Below are positions 1-11,283 of a stretch of DNA of 64,000 nucleotides, piece by piece. Location of the stretch: assembly GCF_006345805.1 (NCBI RefSeq), contig NC_043026.1, positions 1,798,001-1,862,000 on the forward strand, written 5' to 3'. The notes under the pieces were generated by a model. The model worked only from the letters and a program-made list of their open reading frames with translations, was not told the DNA's origin and did no database searches. This stretch comes from Octopus sinensis. Taxonomy: Eukaryota. A program made the translations under genes and the position numbers. Each line of letters opens with the position of its first letter. Position 1 is the stretch's first letter.

Positions 1-294
1 GCTGAGTTTATATTCAAAGACCTCTTTAGAAGAACAGTCTTTATCATTATTATACATTTGAATGCTGCTCAACAACAATCATGTGTAAGTGCTTCATCAG
101 GGTGTAATACTGCTAATTCCTGTTGGATTCTTATTGTATTAATCTTATGCAAAGAGGACTTCCACATGTGTATCAAGTCCTTGAATATGTCCTACTGTCG
201 GATAACATGTGGTACCACATAACAACGTAAGAGCTCTTAAAAGCACATTATGAGGTTTTCAGCCAAATTATACTGAATAAGTATATATGTGTTA

Positions 295-575
295 TCATCA
301 TCATCGTTTAACATCCATCTTACATGCTGGCATGGGTGGGATGGTTTCACAAGAGCCGGCCAGGCTGGAGCCTGCACCACACTTCTGTGATTGTTTTTGG
401 CAGGATTTTTAATTCTGGATGCCCTTCCTAACACCAGCAACTCAGCAGAGTGGACTTAATGCTTTTTACATGGCACAAACATAGGCGAGGTTAGTTTTGG
501 CAAGGTTTTTACAGCTGGATGCTCTTCTGAACACCAACCACTTTACAATGTGGGCTGGGTGCTTTTAAGTGGCCC
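295..575 (-). repeat. Short repeat derived from the RTE LINE 3' UTR, with (GAT)n tail
   Basis: (ATC)n followed by gtttaacatcc...catgctggcatgg, matching the 3' UTR of the RTE copies at 51390-52050 and 54410-54990. Confidence 0.75.
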
Positions 576-1100
576 CTGCACTGACAGGGTCACCAAGTAC
601 TTGCAAGACAAAAACTTTTAAGAGGGGAAGAGGCATTGGAGGAGGTGATGACGAAAAGGTTATAGTGAGACAGATGCAGGTGTCTTGCTGTAGAGGAAGT
701 ACAAGGCAACCTGGCCAGAGAGAGGTAAAGATCAGGTATGAAGACAGAAACAGGTGTGCTACCACAAAGAAAATACACAGTTGCTCAACCTGAGGGAAGT
801 GCAGGAGAAGGAGAGAGAGAGAGAGAGAGTGTGGGAGATCGCTGGATGGATATGGTGGCAAAATGCCGGGCATACTCACCAGGAATGGGGATTGCCAGGG
901 CATACCCTTGAGGTTCATTTGTATACTTTTGTCTTGATGTCATAGGATGGTGTTAAACAAGCATCCTTGTTATACAAGTGATGTTCATTTCCAGTCATCT
1001 GTGAAGAACTTGTCTGGCCATGGGAAACAGGTGAGGATTGATGACATTCTGTCCAACCCATACAAGCATGGAAAAGTGGATGAGGATGTTCTTTTCTTCA

Positions 1101-1321
1101 CCCTTTTAGCATTCACACTTTTCTATCAAATGTAATGCTTATTTATTCACATTATTTTGAATTAATTATGGGATTATCTTGTAGCTTTTAGATTTCAAAT
1201 GATGTGGTTGTTTTTTTTTCACAAAGACATTGTAAGGTAAGTGTGAGAGGTCAGATCAAGTCAGTTTCAACATAAAACAGAATATTCAGGCTGGATAAGG
1301 CCAGCTTAAATGCTAAAGAGT
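1101..1321. mobile_element. Degenerate piggyBac-like MITE
   Basis: Ends cccttttagcatt ... aatgctaaagag followed by ttaa; interior paralogous to 8320-8509. Confidence 0.6.
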
Positions 1322-1566
1322 TTAATTCAACCACAAACTTTTCTTAATGCTTTTAAATTACCTCCCCTTCTCATTCAGAATTCCTAACGACAAAGGAAAC
1401 TGGGGAAGAATTTCCTCCTTCGTCTCTCGTTCGATTTGTATTCATGTCATCGGCCTCTTTCAGATATTTCCTTCAAGCTCCTTTGTGTTTATTTTATGTA
1501 TATTCATGTAATTGTCTGTGTACTTCCTATACACACACATGTGTGCATACATACATATATATATAT

Positions 1567-1599
<33 letters not shown>

Positions 1600-1704
1600 T
1601 ATATGTTGGAAATTTAACATTATTCCTTTATATTGAGTGCTTACTTGAATATCTGCCAGAACTTTTTAATCCCATTTTTCCTTATATATATATATATATA
1701 TATA

Positions 1705-2009
1705 TCACCGTGACCGACCAGGCTATCAGATGTTGCTACACATCGCTGGTCACAATGCGCTTCACACTGTTTTAGCCTTCAAATGACGCCACCCCACTGG
1801 CTAAATGAGCAGGCCAACAGTAGAAAGAGTGAGAGAAAGTTGTGGCGAAAGAGTACAGCAGGGATCGCCACCACCCCCTGCCGGAGCCACGTGGAGCTTT
1901 TTAGCTGTTTTCGCTCAATAAACACTCACAACACCCGGTCTCGGAATCGAAACTGCGATCCTACAACCGCGAGTCCGCTGCCCTAACCACCGGGCCATTG
2001 CACCTCCAC
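1705..2009 (-). mobile_element. tRNA-derived SINE with tRNA-Arg(TCG)-like head
   Basis: Minus strand starts ggaggtgcaatggcccggtggttagggcagcggacTCGcgg..gtttcgattcc (A box, anticodon-like TCG, B box), then a non-tRNA body. Confidence 0.8.
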
Positions 2010-2034
2010 ATATATATATACACTTTATTTAAAA

Positions 2035-2072
2035 CTGTCCGATGAATGGGAACGTGAAACTCTGAGTAACAG
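2035..2072 (+). ncRNA. Degenerate type I hammerhead ribozyme (U4C core change)
   Basis: CTGT-CCGATGA-ATGGGAACGT-GAAA-CTC-T-GAG-TA-ACAG: stem I CTGT/ACAG and stem III ACTC/GAGT are intact; inside a 160-bp repeat flanked by (TA)n. Confidence 0.6.
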
Positions 2073-2174
2073 CTTTTGTTATATTTCTGCTGCTTTTAAA
2101 TAAAGCATATTACTCTACCTCTGGTATTTGAGTACTCTTTTTTCCACCTTCATGTGCTTACTCTGGTATATATA

Positions 2175-2212
<38 letters not shown>

Positions 2213-2269
2213 GGCGGTGCATCAGCATGGCCGCAGCTCTGAGCTGAAACAAGGAAAAAAATGAATATA

Positions 2270-2900
2270 TATATAATAACAATTTAATAAATAAAATATA
2301 TGCATACATACATACGTATATGTACATACCTACATCTACATGTATATATACATGCATATATGAGTACAGGACACCACAAATAAACGTAGAACACAACGAG
2401 AAACATGAACATAAAAACAAACAAGGAAACGGACTTTTTGTTAACAACGAAAAAACAGAGTACAAGACAAACAACAGAGGGAACATTCCCCTTCTTCAGC
2501 TGCCTGTTTCGACTCAATGCATGTTTCGAAGGTAAAGGCAGAACACGACCACGCCGAAGCAGTCTTTCCTGCAAAATGAATTGAATAAAATTTTTTTGTG
2601 GAGGGGTAAAAAAAGTGACAAAAACAGGACGTAAAAGCAAAACAAATGAAGATAAAAACAGTAAAAGACAGGACAAGGAAACCAACAATAAGGGCTTTTT
2701 TTTAAGCCCAGACGGTGGAAAAATTCGTTAGAATGCATTCTGAAGATCGGCTGCGGAAGACAGAAAAAAGCTGATGTTGACTTGTTGAAAGCAGTGGGCA
2801 GAAAGAAAGTTAATAGCCCTCTGGTCAGCGACGAGAGAGAGGAGGAGGAGTGAGAGAGAGAGAGGAGGAGGAGGGCTAAATAAATAAAGTCCTGTACCCA
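2270..2900. repeat. Non-coding dispersed repeat, paralog of 5050-5750
   Basis: Shared blocks gagtacaggacaccacaaa.aacgtagaac, cttc.tcagctg and gggc.ttttt.gcccagacg at both loci. Confidence 0.7.
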
Positions 2901-3522
2901 TAAAAACCACTATGTGGACAGCCATATGCTACAAGTAGATCACATACGATCAAACTACAAAGAAAGAATGTTCTCCAGAGAAAATTCAGCGGACACCAGA
3001 ACATAGGTGGGCAAGACAGATGAAAATTAGATAAAAATCAAATACTGGTTTTAAATTGATATTAATTAAATTAATATTCAATTTATCTCCCTCATTATTT
3101 AAATGTTAAAATAATTATGTTCTCTCATAGGCAGCATTAACTGCAGTACATTATTTGCTGCAGAAGTTGTTTCCGGAATTTAGCGCGCCAGAACTCAGAC
3201 ATTTGAAATTAACCCCAATGTAATTGGTGGAACTAAGCACGTGTCTGGTTTTATACAGAAAACTGGTGGTTAGTTTTACAAATTATATTGCTTTTGGAAC
3301 GATCGTACTGATGAATCTACGGACGAAGGATTACGTAAGTGATTTATTCGTTAATAGTCGAAACCGGTATGCGATTAATTCTTGATTTTTATATAATTTT
3401 CATCTGTCTTGCCCGCCTATGTTCTGGTGTCCGCTGAATTTTCTCTGGAGAACATTCTTTCTTTGTAGTTTGATTGTATGTGATCTACTCTTAGCATATG
3501 GATGTCCACATAGTGGTTTTTA
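2901..3522. repeat. Foldback element with ~129-bp inverted arms enclosing a hammerhead
   Basis: 2901-3029 is the near-identical reverse complement of 3394-3522; HHR at 3301-3376; a ~57-bp internal segment (3044-3100) is repeated at 3586-3642. Confidence 0.85.
3301..3376 (+). ncRNA. Type I hammerhead ribozyme, intact core
   Basis: GATCGTA-CTGATGA-long stem II capped by GTAA-GAAA-CCGG-TA-TGCGATT; 7-bp stem I, palindromic stem III ACCGGT. Confidence 0.8.
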
Positions 3523-3640
3523 GCCCTAAATATACACATGTATTGGAATTTTCTCTGATTTTTCAGATTTTTATATGCTAGGCTACTGGTTTTAAATTGA
3601 TATTAATTAAATTAATATTCAATTTATCTCCCTCATTATT

Positions 3641-3667
<27 letters not shown>

Positions 3668-3671
<4 letters not shown>

Positions 3672-3844
3672 CATCATCATCATCGTATAACGTCCGCTTT
3701 CCATGCTAGCATGGGTTGGACGGTTCAACTGGGGTCTGGGAAGCCCGAAGGCTGCACCAGGCCAGTCAGATCTGGCAGTGTTTCTACAGCTGGATGCCCT
3801 TCCTAACGCCAACCACATATATATATATATATATATATGTGCAT

Positions 3845-3889
<45 letters not shown>

Positions 3890-4172
3890 GCACGGAAACA
3901 GTAGCTGTGATACTTGTGCCGGTGACACATAAAAAGCACCATCCGAACGTGACCGATGCCAGACCCCTCTGGCACCTGTGCAGGTGGCACGTAAAAAGCA
4001 CCCACTACACTCGCGGAGTGGTTGGCGTTAGGAAGGGCATCCAGCTGTAGAAACACTGCCAGATCAGACTGGAGCCTGGGGCAGCCCCTGGCTCCCCAGA
4101 CCCCAGTCGAACCGTCCAACCCGTGCTAGCGCGGAAAACGGACGTTAAACGATGATGATGATGATGATGATG
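3668..4172. repeat. Two RTE 3'-UTR repeats in opposite orientation around (TA)n
   Basis: (ATC)n-gtataacgtccgc at the left end, ggacgttaaac-(GAT)n at the right end. Confidence 0.75.
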
Positions 4173-4173
4173 A

Positions 4174-4541
4174 CATGCATATATGGGTACAGGACGTCAC
4201 CAACAGTAAACAACATGAAATATGAAAACAAATGAGTCCAATATGCAAACAACGAGAGAAACAAATGGAAAACAGAACAAGTAACATAAAGGACGACCCT
4301 TCATCAGTTGTCGGCTGTCTATCTACTCCTCATTTCAAGTATTGACCAACAATATGAGTCTTCAAAGACAGTTGCTCCCATAATGCGCCAAAATAAAATT
4401 TGGGACACTGATGAAGGGTCATTCTTTATGTTACCTGCCCTGTTTTCCATTTATTTCTCTTGTTGTTTATCTATTCAACTCATTTGTTTCCGTATTTCAT
4501 GTTGTTTACTGTTGGTGACGTCCTGTACCCATATTTGCATG
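4174..4541. repeat. Foldback element with ~135-bp inverted arms
   Basis: 4174-4308 vs 4407-4541 are diverged reverse complements; both inner arm ends carry CTGATGAAGGG. Confidence 0.8.
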
Positions 4542-5049
4542 TGTAAATTTATGGAGGGTCAAAGTTGGGAACAAAAACAGGACAAGGAAACCGAAGGAAA
4601 ACCAACATGGAGAGGGTAAAATAGCGAATGCTGGAGAAATATTTTCTTTGACAAGAGAAAGGATGAAGAGAGAGAGAGGATATGTCCAGTCCTTAGAACA
4701 GCCCTGAAAGAAAAGAAAGATGATCACATGAGGAAAAGAAAAATGGATGATGGTCACGTGTGAGCAGTGAGAGAGTAAAGGAGAAAGAGGGGAGAGAGAG
4801 AGACAGATAGAAAACGGTGAAGGGGAGAAAGAAGGGAATTAGAGAAAGGATGAGAGAGAAAACGATAGGGCGAGAGTATAGGGTAGATTCACATCAAAAA
4901 GTCAAGATAAACTTACTTGGAAATGGATGTGTGGCGTTCAATCAAATAATAATATAAATAATATATATATGCACGCATATATATATATAAAAACTGTACT
5001 GGGAGAAGAAGAAGAAACAGAACGAATCGACGCGAAGGCGCTCAGTCAT

Positions 5050-5850
5050 ACAATAGTGTAATAAATAAAATATATGCATACATACATACATATATGTACG
5101 TACCTACATCTACATGTATATATACATGCATATATAAATATATATACGTGAGTACAGGACACCACAAACAGACGTAGAACTCAACGAGAACGAAAACGTA
5201 AAAACAAGCATGGAACGAACCTTTTTTTTACAAAGAAAAAACAGAGTACTAGACAAACTACACAAGGAAAAATCTCCTTCATCAGCTGTCCCTAGTTCAA
5301 CTCCAGCGTGTTTCAAAGGTGAGGACAGAACACGACTCGTCGAACTAGCCCTTCCTGCGAAGAAATTAAAGGAAATTACTTCGCAGAGGGGTAAAAACAA
5401 GGAAAGAACAAAATGTGACACAAACAGGACGTAAAAAGGATATAAATAAAATTACAAAATAAAATACAAAATAAAAATACAATTACGAAAAAATACAATA
5501 CAAGAAATAAAAACACACAAGAAAACAACCAAAGAGGGCCTTTTTTGCCCAGACGAGGAGAGATTCAAGGAGCGCAAGAGTACCGTGTGTTTACAATTAG
5601 AAGGCCACATGCAAAAGGAAGTATTTGGCCGGCTGTGAGAGAGATGAGGAGGAGAGAGAGAGAGAGAGAGATAGATAGAGGAAGACAAACGGCTGTGAGA
5701 GAGAGAGAGAAAGGGAGAGAAGGGAAGGTTAAGCAAAGAGGTATAGGGTTTCGCGTCATAATTATATATAAAAACTGTACTGGGAGAAGAAGAGGAAATG
5801 AATCGAATCGAATCGATGCGAAGGTGCTCAGTCATACAATAGTGTAATAC
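5050..5850. repeat. Non-coding repeat bracketed by ~100-bp direct repeats
   Basis: aaaaactgtactgggagaagaaga...gctcagtcatacaatagtgtaata occurs at ~4988-5062 and ~5770-5848. Confidence 0.7.
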
Positions 5851-5939
5851 AAATGTATATATGGGTACAGGACGTCACCAACAGTAAACAACATGAAATA
5901 CGAAAACAAATGTTTTCGTATTTCATGTTGAAATTATAA

Positions 5940-6160
5940 GATTGTGGTTGCAATTTCTGTACCAGGCAACACATTGTGTTCTTGAGCAAGACACTTCACT
6001 TCATGTTGCTCCAATCCACTCAGCTGGCAAAAAGGAGTAATCCTGCAACAGACCGGTGTCCTGTCCATGTAGGGAATTTTTATTCCATGGAAACTGGGAA
6101 ACCACCTCTTATTTGTTGGCATAACTTGGGAAGGTAACTTTTCTTCTACAACTTCCCATG
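5940..6160 (+). mobile_element. tRNA-derived SINE (family with tgtccttgagcaagacact core), decayed
   Basis: Shares core with 29920-30230, 10150-10450 (-) and 32850-33070. Confidence 0.6.
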
Positions 6161-6239
6161 CGTGTGTGTGTGTGTGTGTGCATGTATCTATGTATGTATA
6201 TGCATGCATGTGTAAAGCAATGCTTGGGTGCATATCTCA

Positions 6240-6475
6240 TAAGCTGGTGGATAACAACGAGAGCCTCACCTGGATCTACAACAGATACATTACCTCCCTG
6301 GCTACGCCTTCTCTAACTAGGAACAAGAGATACCTACTAAATATCTGGTAAACAAGAGGGACAAAGATACTACCAAACCTCCACATTGTGATAAAAGATG
6401 TTGGCTCTGCTATACCAATGTGGAAGATATCACCCACATTATCATCAGCTGCCCCAAAATGTCTGCAAAATATGT
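6240..6475 (+). mobile_element. RLE-type (R4/Dong-like) non-LTR retrotransposon C-terminal fragment
   Basis: Translates to ...CDKRCWLCYTNVEDITHIIISCPKMSAKY, a CCHC zinc knuckle; same family at 59640-60200. Confidence 0.65.
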
Positions 6476-6479
6476 CTGC

Positions 6480-7110
6480 AACCCAAAGGGAAGTGAGCTG
6501 AAAATATTGGTCAGTTTCGTGTCTTATAAGATTTTCTTCAACATTGTATCCAAGAGACTCTAGCTTTCAGCTGAACAATAGCTATGTTGACATGTCTGTA
6601 GAGAAGGGAGGCATTTCAGGAGTCTCTGGTTGCCTTGGACAACAGACTTGGTGACCCAGTTTATTAGGGAGGCATGTCAAGAAAAGAGGGGCCTTGGTTG
6701 CACTATGGCTAGGTCTGGCTAATGCCTGTTGCTTGATGTCACACAAGTTGGTTGAAGTTGCAATACAGCAAGTTCAGGTTGAGGGTTTCCTCTGGTCAGC
6801 CGACATCTGACTGCTACCAACAATTAGTAATGAATATGCTAGTCAGGTGAGCAGAGAAGGAGTACTGTGGTCTGCAGCAAGACAAGAGTGCAACCACCCA
6901 TCAACACCTTCATGGAGGAATTCCTCGTACAACAGAGCAGGTAGTTAAGAAGAATCTCTGGAAACTAGAGAAGCCTGTGGCATTTGCACAAATGAGTTTC
7001 AGATATGCAAAGTCCTGGTGCATGGTTTTGAGGAAAGGAAAATCACCAATGGGTTTTGCTTTGAGACAAGGGAAGATTCTGTCTGTCACAGAAAAACCAG
7101 CGTTAAGGCT
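6480..7110 (+). mobile_element. HERO-like (RLE clade) reverse transcriptase fragment, degenerate
   Basis: Motifs EKGGISGVSGCL, LVALWLGLANA..SHKLVEVA, MSFRYAKSWCMVLRKGK and SVTEKP resemble HERO-type RT (recalled consensus QKGGIPGVPGCLEH...LAVLWLDLANAYGSIPHKLVE). Confidence 0.7.
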
Positions 7111-7469
7111 TTGGCAGAATATTTAGTAGGAGACACTTGGCCAAGGTACTATGTAATTGACTGAACCCAGAAGTAGTTGGGAAGCAAAAGCTTCTACACC
7201 ACACTGCTATGTCCCTGCTCTAAGCCACAACTGAACACATCCTCTCAAAATTGTTTGCCAGTCCTGTTTACCAGGCAAATGAAAACGGGTCAACAGATAT
7301 TGCATAGAATGGGGTTTAACCTGAGCTCTCAAGATTGTAAGGTGAACTTTTTCAACATTCAGGTATAGGTGTATCCAACATTTCGTTTACATAGCATGGC
7401 CATCTATTTACAAGTTAATAATTACAGTATGGTTTAAAGCATTAATTATGGATGATAATGATAGGGCTT

Positions 7470-7690
7470 ATCTGAGGTGGCAAGCTGGCAGAATTGTTAG
7501 CATGCTGGGCAAAATGCTTGGCATCATTTCATCCATTTTCATGTTTTGAGTTCAAATTCTGCTGAGGTTGACTTTGCCTTTTTTCCGTTTGGGATTGCTA
7601 AAACATGTACCAGTTGATCTCTGTGGTTGATCTAATCAATCTATCCTTCCCATGAAATTGCTGGCCTTGTGCCAAAAATTGAAATCAATA
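7470..7690 (+). mobile_element. tRNA-derived SINE with conserved central domain
   Basis: gagctggcagaa..ttagca head, gagttcaaattc B box, gttgactttgccttt...gtaccag centre; paralogs at 11400-11612 (-) and a split copy at 11750/14790. Confidence 0.75.
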
Positions 7691-7700
7691 TTAGGGTTTA

Positions 7701-7728
7701 TCTAACATTATCCTGTTGCTCTTTCCAG
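7701..7728 (+). promoter_or_regulatory. Branch point and 3' splice acceptor of the PTH2 terminal exon
   Basis: CTAAC at 7702-7706, pyrimidine tract tcctgttgctctttcCAG ending at 7728. Confidence 0.85.
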
Positions 7729-7778
7729 GCCCTTCCAGCCTTGTTGACGAAGTGACGGGTCATCTAAAGCTGCTTTGA
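7729..7778 (+). CDS. PTRH2: Last coding exon of a peptidyl-tRNA hydrolase 2 family protein (PTH2/Bit1 domain C-terminus)
   Basis: Phase-1 exon (G)GC CCT TCC ... TGA encodes GPSSLVDEVTGHLKLL*, matching the recalled human PTRH2 end GPADLIDKVTGHLKLY; a fused PTH2-domain paralog cannot be excluded. Confidence 0.85.
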
Positions 7779-7896
7779 CAGTCTTTCATGTGTTGTGCAA
7801 GAATCAATAACTTTGGCAAATAACGTCAACTTGTTTGTTTATTTGTTTTAGTATGTTGTTGTTCTTTTTTAAATGTTTTTCTTTTTTATAAATATC

Positions 7897-7951
7897 ATTA
7901 AAGCTATTACATTTGAAATAGTGTTGTGTTTTGTTTTTGTTTTTTGTTTTG
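7897..7951 (+). terminator. Putative poly(A) signal and GU-rich downstream element of the PTH2 gene
   Basis: ATTAAA at 7897-7902, followed ~19 nt later by gtgttgtgttttgtttttg. Confidence 0.55.
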
Positions 7952-8319
7952 TTAGGCTGCAAGCATGGTTTCGCAGGTAAGAAGTTTGTTTTACAACCAT
8001 GGGAGTGACAAGGACCATCTGGTTGTTCTCAAGGATAACTGATGACTTGCTTGGTGACTTTGTTTTAGGCCTTTGGCAGCATTCAAATTAGACCATTACA
8101 TGTAGAAAGGGGCCCTGAAGGGTTCCTGGCTTCGGGTAAAAGAGAGAATAGAGGAGGATCAGTTAATTATGATGTTATCCAACATATTCTTCCCCTCTCA
8201 AGTTCACACACTTGTTGCAGCAGTCCTTCAGTATTCTCTGAGCTCAGAGGGTTGGGATTTCAACCAGGCCTTTTCTGAGACCCTTAAAGCCAGGGACTTT
8301 TCAACCTCGTCTCATAATG

Positions 8320-8509
8320 ATTATTTATTCACATTGTTTTGAATTAAGCAAGCATTATCTTGTAGCTTTGAGGTTTTGATGATGTGATTGTTTAGTTTTG
8401 GAATGACATTGCAGGCTAGGTGTGAGAGGTCAGATCTAGCCAGTTTGAGCATAAAATAGAGGCAGAATATTTGGGCTGGGCATGGCTGGCTTAAATGCTA
8501 AAGGGTTAA
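8320..8509. mobile_element. piggyBac-like MITE, left end lost
   Basis: Right end aaatgctaaaggg-TTAA; body matches 1140-1320. Confidence 0.65.
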
Positions 8510-8949
8510 GTGAATTGTTGTGCACAAGCGACCCTTACTCTCCTTTCTGTGATCATCTTTGTTCCAGAAGCAAAACCAGGGCATGATGTCTAGAGATGGA
8601 GACGGATGCAGTGGGTGACCAAGATGTCTTGCTTGCCTCATCTTGCTCTCTGCCTCATCAGTTGCCATCCTCTCCATCCAACCATTAAGGTTTTCTCCAC
8701 AGAAACTGAAACACGTAAAAGATAAAAGAGATACACACACACACACACAGACACAGAAGTCTGGTGCAGTCTCCTGCCTGGCCAGCTCCTGCCAAACTGT
8801 CCAATCCATGCCAGCATGGAAGGCAGACATTAAACAGTGATGATTATGATGATGATATATACATACATATACACACACACGTGTGTGTGTGTGTGTGTGT
8901 GTGTGCATATATCAATGTATGTATATATTGTCGCATTGGCATTAACTCA

Positions 8950-9242
8950 TATTTGAGTAGCAAATCTGTAGCAAATGATTGAACTTCTTTCTCCTGATGA
9001 CTGCGAAGGGTGCCGGTGGCTGAGGTGGCTATTCCAGCCAAGAATGGGAATAGAAGAACTGGGGGAATTTATCATGGCAGGGGATGAGGGAGTACGAGTT
9101 GCTTTTTGCGTCTTTTTGCCTCTTGATGTCTGTTATTTTCCATCTCGTCCATTCCCTCAGTGATGCTGTCTCTTTGGGCCGTCCTTGATGATTGTCTCCC
9201 AGGGATTTGGGTCAGTGGAGCAGTGAAGAGTGGCCTTCAACT

Positions 9243-9277
<35 letters not shown>

Positions 9278-9600
9278 GTGTACAAATATATGTGTATACA
9301 TAAGTGTATGCCTATGTATATATATATATGTGTATATATGTGTGCGTGTCAGTTGCTCCGTGTCAAACGTATGTTATCCCTTCATTGAATTTTGCATCAC
9401 AATGTGCATGCAGGTGGTTCTTAGGCCCAGCTTCCATTCTTCAAGTGTATTCACAGATGCAACATTTGAACCGTCTGTTGCCTGGCTTCACCAACTGAAA
9501 TGTGACCCTCTATTTTACCATGTCTGGTCAGGCTGCCAACCAACTTGCAGATTAAGCCCTCCCATGCATACTTACATAACTGTTTCTCTGGACAAGCTTA
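8950..9600 (-). mobile_element. RTE LINE 3' fragment, degenerate and split by a microsatellite
   Basis: Minus strand LKATLHCSTDPNPWETIIKDGPK...LGWNSHLSHRHP resembles an RTE C-terminus with C2H2 remnant. Confidence 0.65.
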
Positions 9601-9874
9601 GATTTTCACAAAAAGAAATCAACTGATTTGCATATTACAAATACCATCTGTAAACGGAAGAGAAAGGCCAGGCTAGACTTTTCTCAAGTTTCAAATGTGA
9701 CTTTGTTTTTTGTAATCTGCATTCCAGCAATAGAATGAATTTAAATAATTAAAAACAGAAGAGAACAAACAAACGAACATACATACATATATACATACAA
9801 AATGTGACCGTGTGTGTACCGTTGGCGATTTTTTTTCCTCCGTCTTCCCTTCCTTGGACCTTTCCTATTCCTAT

Positions 9875-9909
9875 GTTTCTGACGAAGAGCTCCGCTCGAA
9901 ACGTTAAAT
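9875..9909 (+). ncRNA. Minimal type I hammerhead ribozyme (family A)
   Basis: GTTT-CTGACGA-A-GAGC-TCC-GCTC-GAAA-CG-TT-AAAT; palindromic AACGTT helix III; lies in repeat 9740-10005, paralogous to 62480-62690. Confidence 0.75.
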
Positions 9910-10719
9910 CCTCCTTTCTTTCCATTCCTGAGCATCCAATAATACTATACTTGTTCCACGTCCTCACGTTGTGTTTTCTCTTTCTGTTTTCATATTTGGA
10001 TTAACTACATTTATACATACATACATTTATACATGCATGCACACACACACACACATACAAAGGGATCTTTACCCTTTTTTTATACATACGTACGTATGTA
10101 TGTATAAACAAAGAGTAAAGATCCCTTTCAGTTACAAATGATGATGGGATTCTCCTTAGAAAGTTCCCCTCTGAGGCACAAGTCTGGGCAAGGTTGTTTG
10201 TGGAAGACCAGCCATCGTCCATGCATACCAGCCTCTCCTCTCCAGGCCACCAATGTTATCCAACGGAAAGACAAAGATCAATACAGCTTGGCACCAGGGA
10301 CATCGCAAATGATTTCTTCATCTGAGTGAACTGGAGCAACATGAAATAGTGTTTTGCTTTGGAACACAACACACAACCTGGTCCAGGAATTGAACTCACA
10401 ACCACACGATTATAAGCTCAATGCCCTAACCACTTGAGCCATGCACCTTTACTATACATATGTATATATGTGTGTGTGTGTGTGTGTGTATTTTACTGTC
10501 TCCTTGATAGCTGTAAGCAAGTTGGCAAGTGTTCTTCATTTTCAGTCTTTTGAGATATATCTGGTCATCTCTGGCCATGGGGCAAATGTTATGTTGCTTG
10601 GAAACAGGTGAGGGTTGGTGACAGGAAGGGCATCTCACTTAAATTCTGTCTGACCCACAAAAGCAGGAAAATAAGGATGTGAAACGATGATGATGATGAT
10701 GATGTAGATATTCTTTTAT

Positions 10720-11100
10720 TCTTGTTTCTGTCATTTGACTGCGGCCATGCTGGAGCAGCACCTTCATGTGATTTTGTTGAACAATTTGACCCCAGGAATT
10801 ATTTTTAAGCCTAGTACTTAGTCTATTGGTCTCTTTGCTGAACTGCTAAGTTACAGGGACATAAACACACCAACACCAGTTGTCAAGTAGAATTGGAGGG
10901 ACACACACACACACATACACGCATGCACACACCCACACAAAACAGGCTTCTTTCAGTTTCCATCTACCAAATCTACTCACAAGGCTTTGGATGGCCTGAG
11001 ACTACAGTAGATGGCACTTGCCCAAAGTTCCACACAGTGGGATTGAACCCAGAACCATGTTGCTTGGAAGCAAGCTTCTTACTGCACAGCCATACTTGCA
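10720..11100 (-). mobile_element. Abundant tRNA-derived SINE (family S1)
   Basis: Head ggctgtgcagtaagaagcttgcttcc..ggttcaatccc, (CA)n spacer, tail ccagcatggccgcagtcaaatgacagaaac. Confidence 0.8.
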
Positions 11101-11246
11101 CCTATCATCATCATCATCATCATCATCCCATCCATGGGTGGGATGGTCTCAGAGGAGCTGGCCAGGCAGAAGCCTGCACCAGATTTCTGTGACTGTTTTG
11201 GCAAGGATTTTACAGCTGGATGCCCTTCCTGACACCAACCTCATTT

Positions 11247-11283
11247 TGAACCTGAGGAAGAGGATCTCTTGAAATCTTGTTCA
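11247..11283 (+). ncRNA. Minimal hammerhead-like motif
   Basis: TGAAC-CTGAGGA-AGAG-GAT-CTCT-T-GAAA-TC-TT-GTTCA; 5-bp stem I; helix III not palindromic; followed by AATAAA. Confidence 0.5.

Noticed and set aside
1-222. Stop-free frame of about 73 codons at the window start
   Set aside because: No recognisable motif, and it does not encode the PTH2 DAGRTQ/GIGP segment.
1940-2009. tRNA genes at SINE heads
   Set aside because: A and B boxes are present but there is no acceptor-stem closure, and the sequence continues into a SINE body.
2481-2535. Possible type II (permuted) hammerhead on minus; similar at ~5275-5335
   Set aside because: The cleavage-site U is missing and stem II depends on wobbles; the paralog does not support the same fold.
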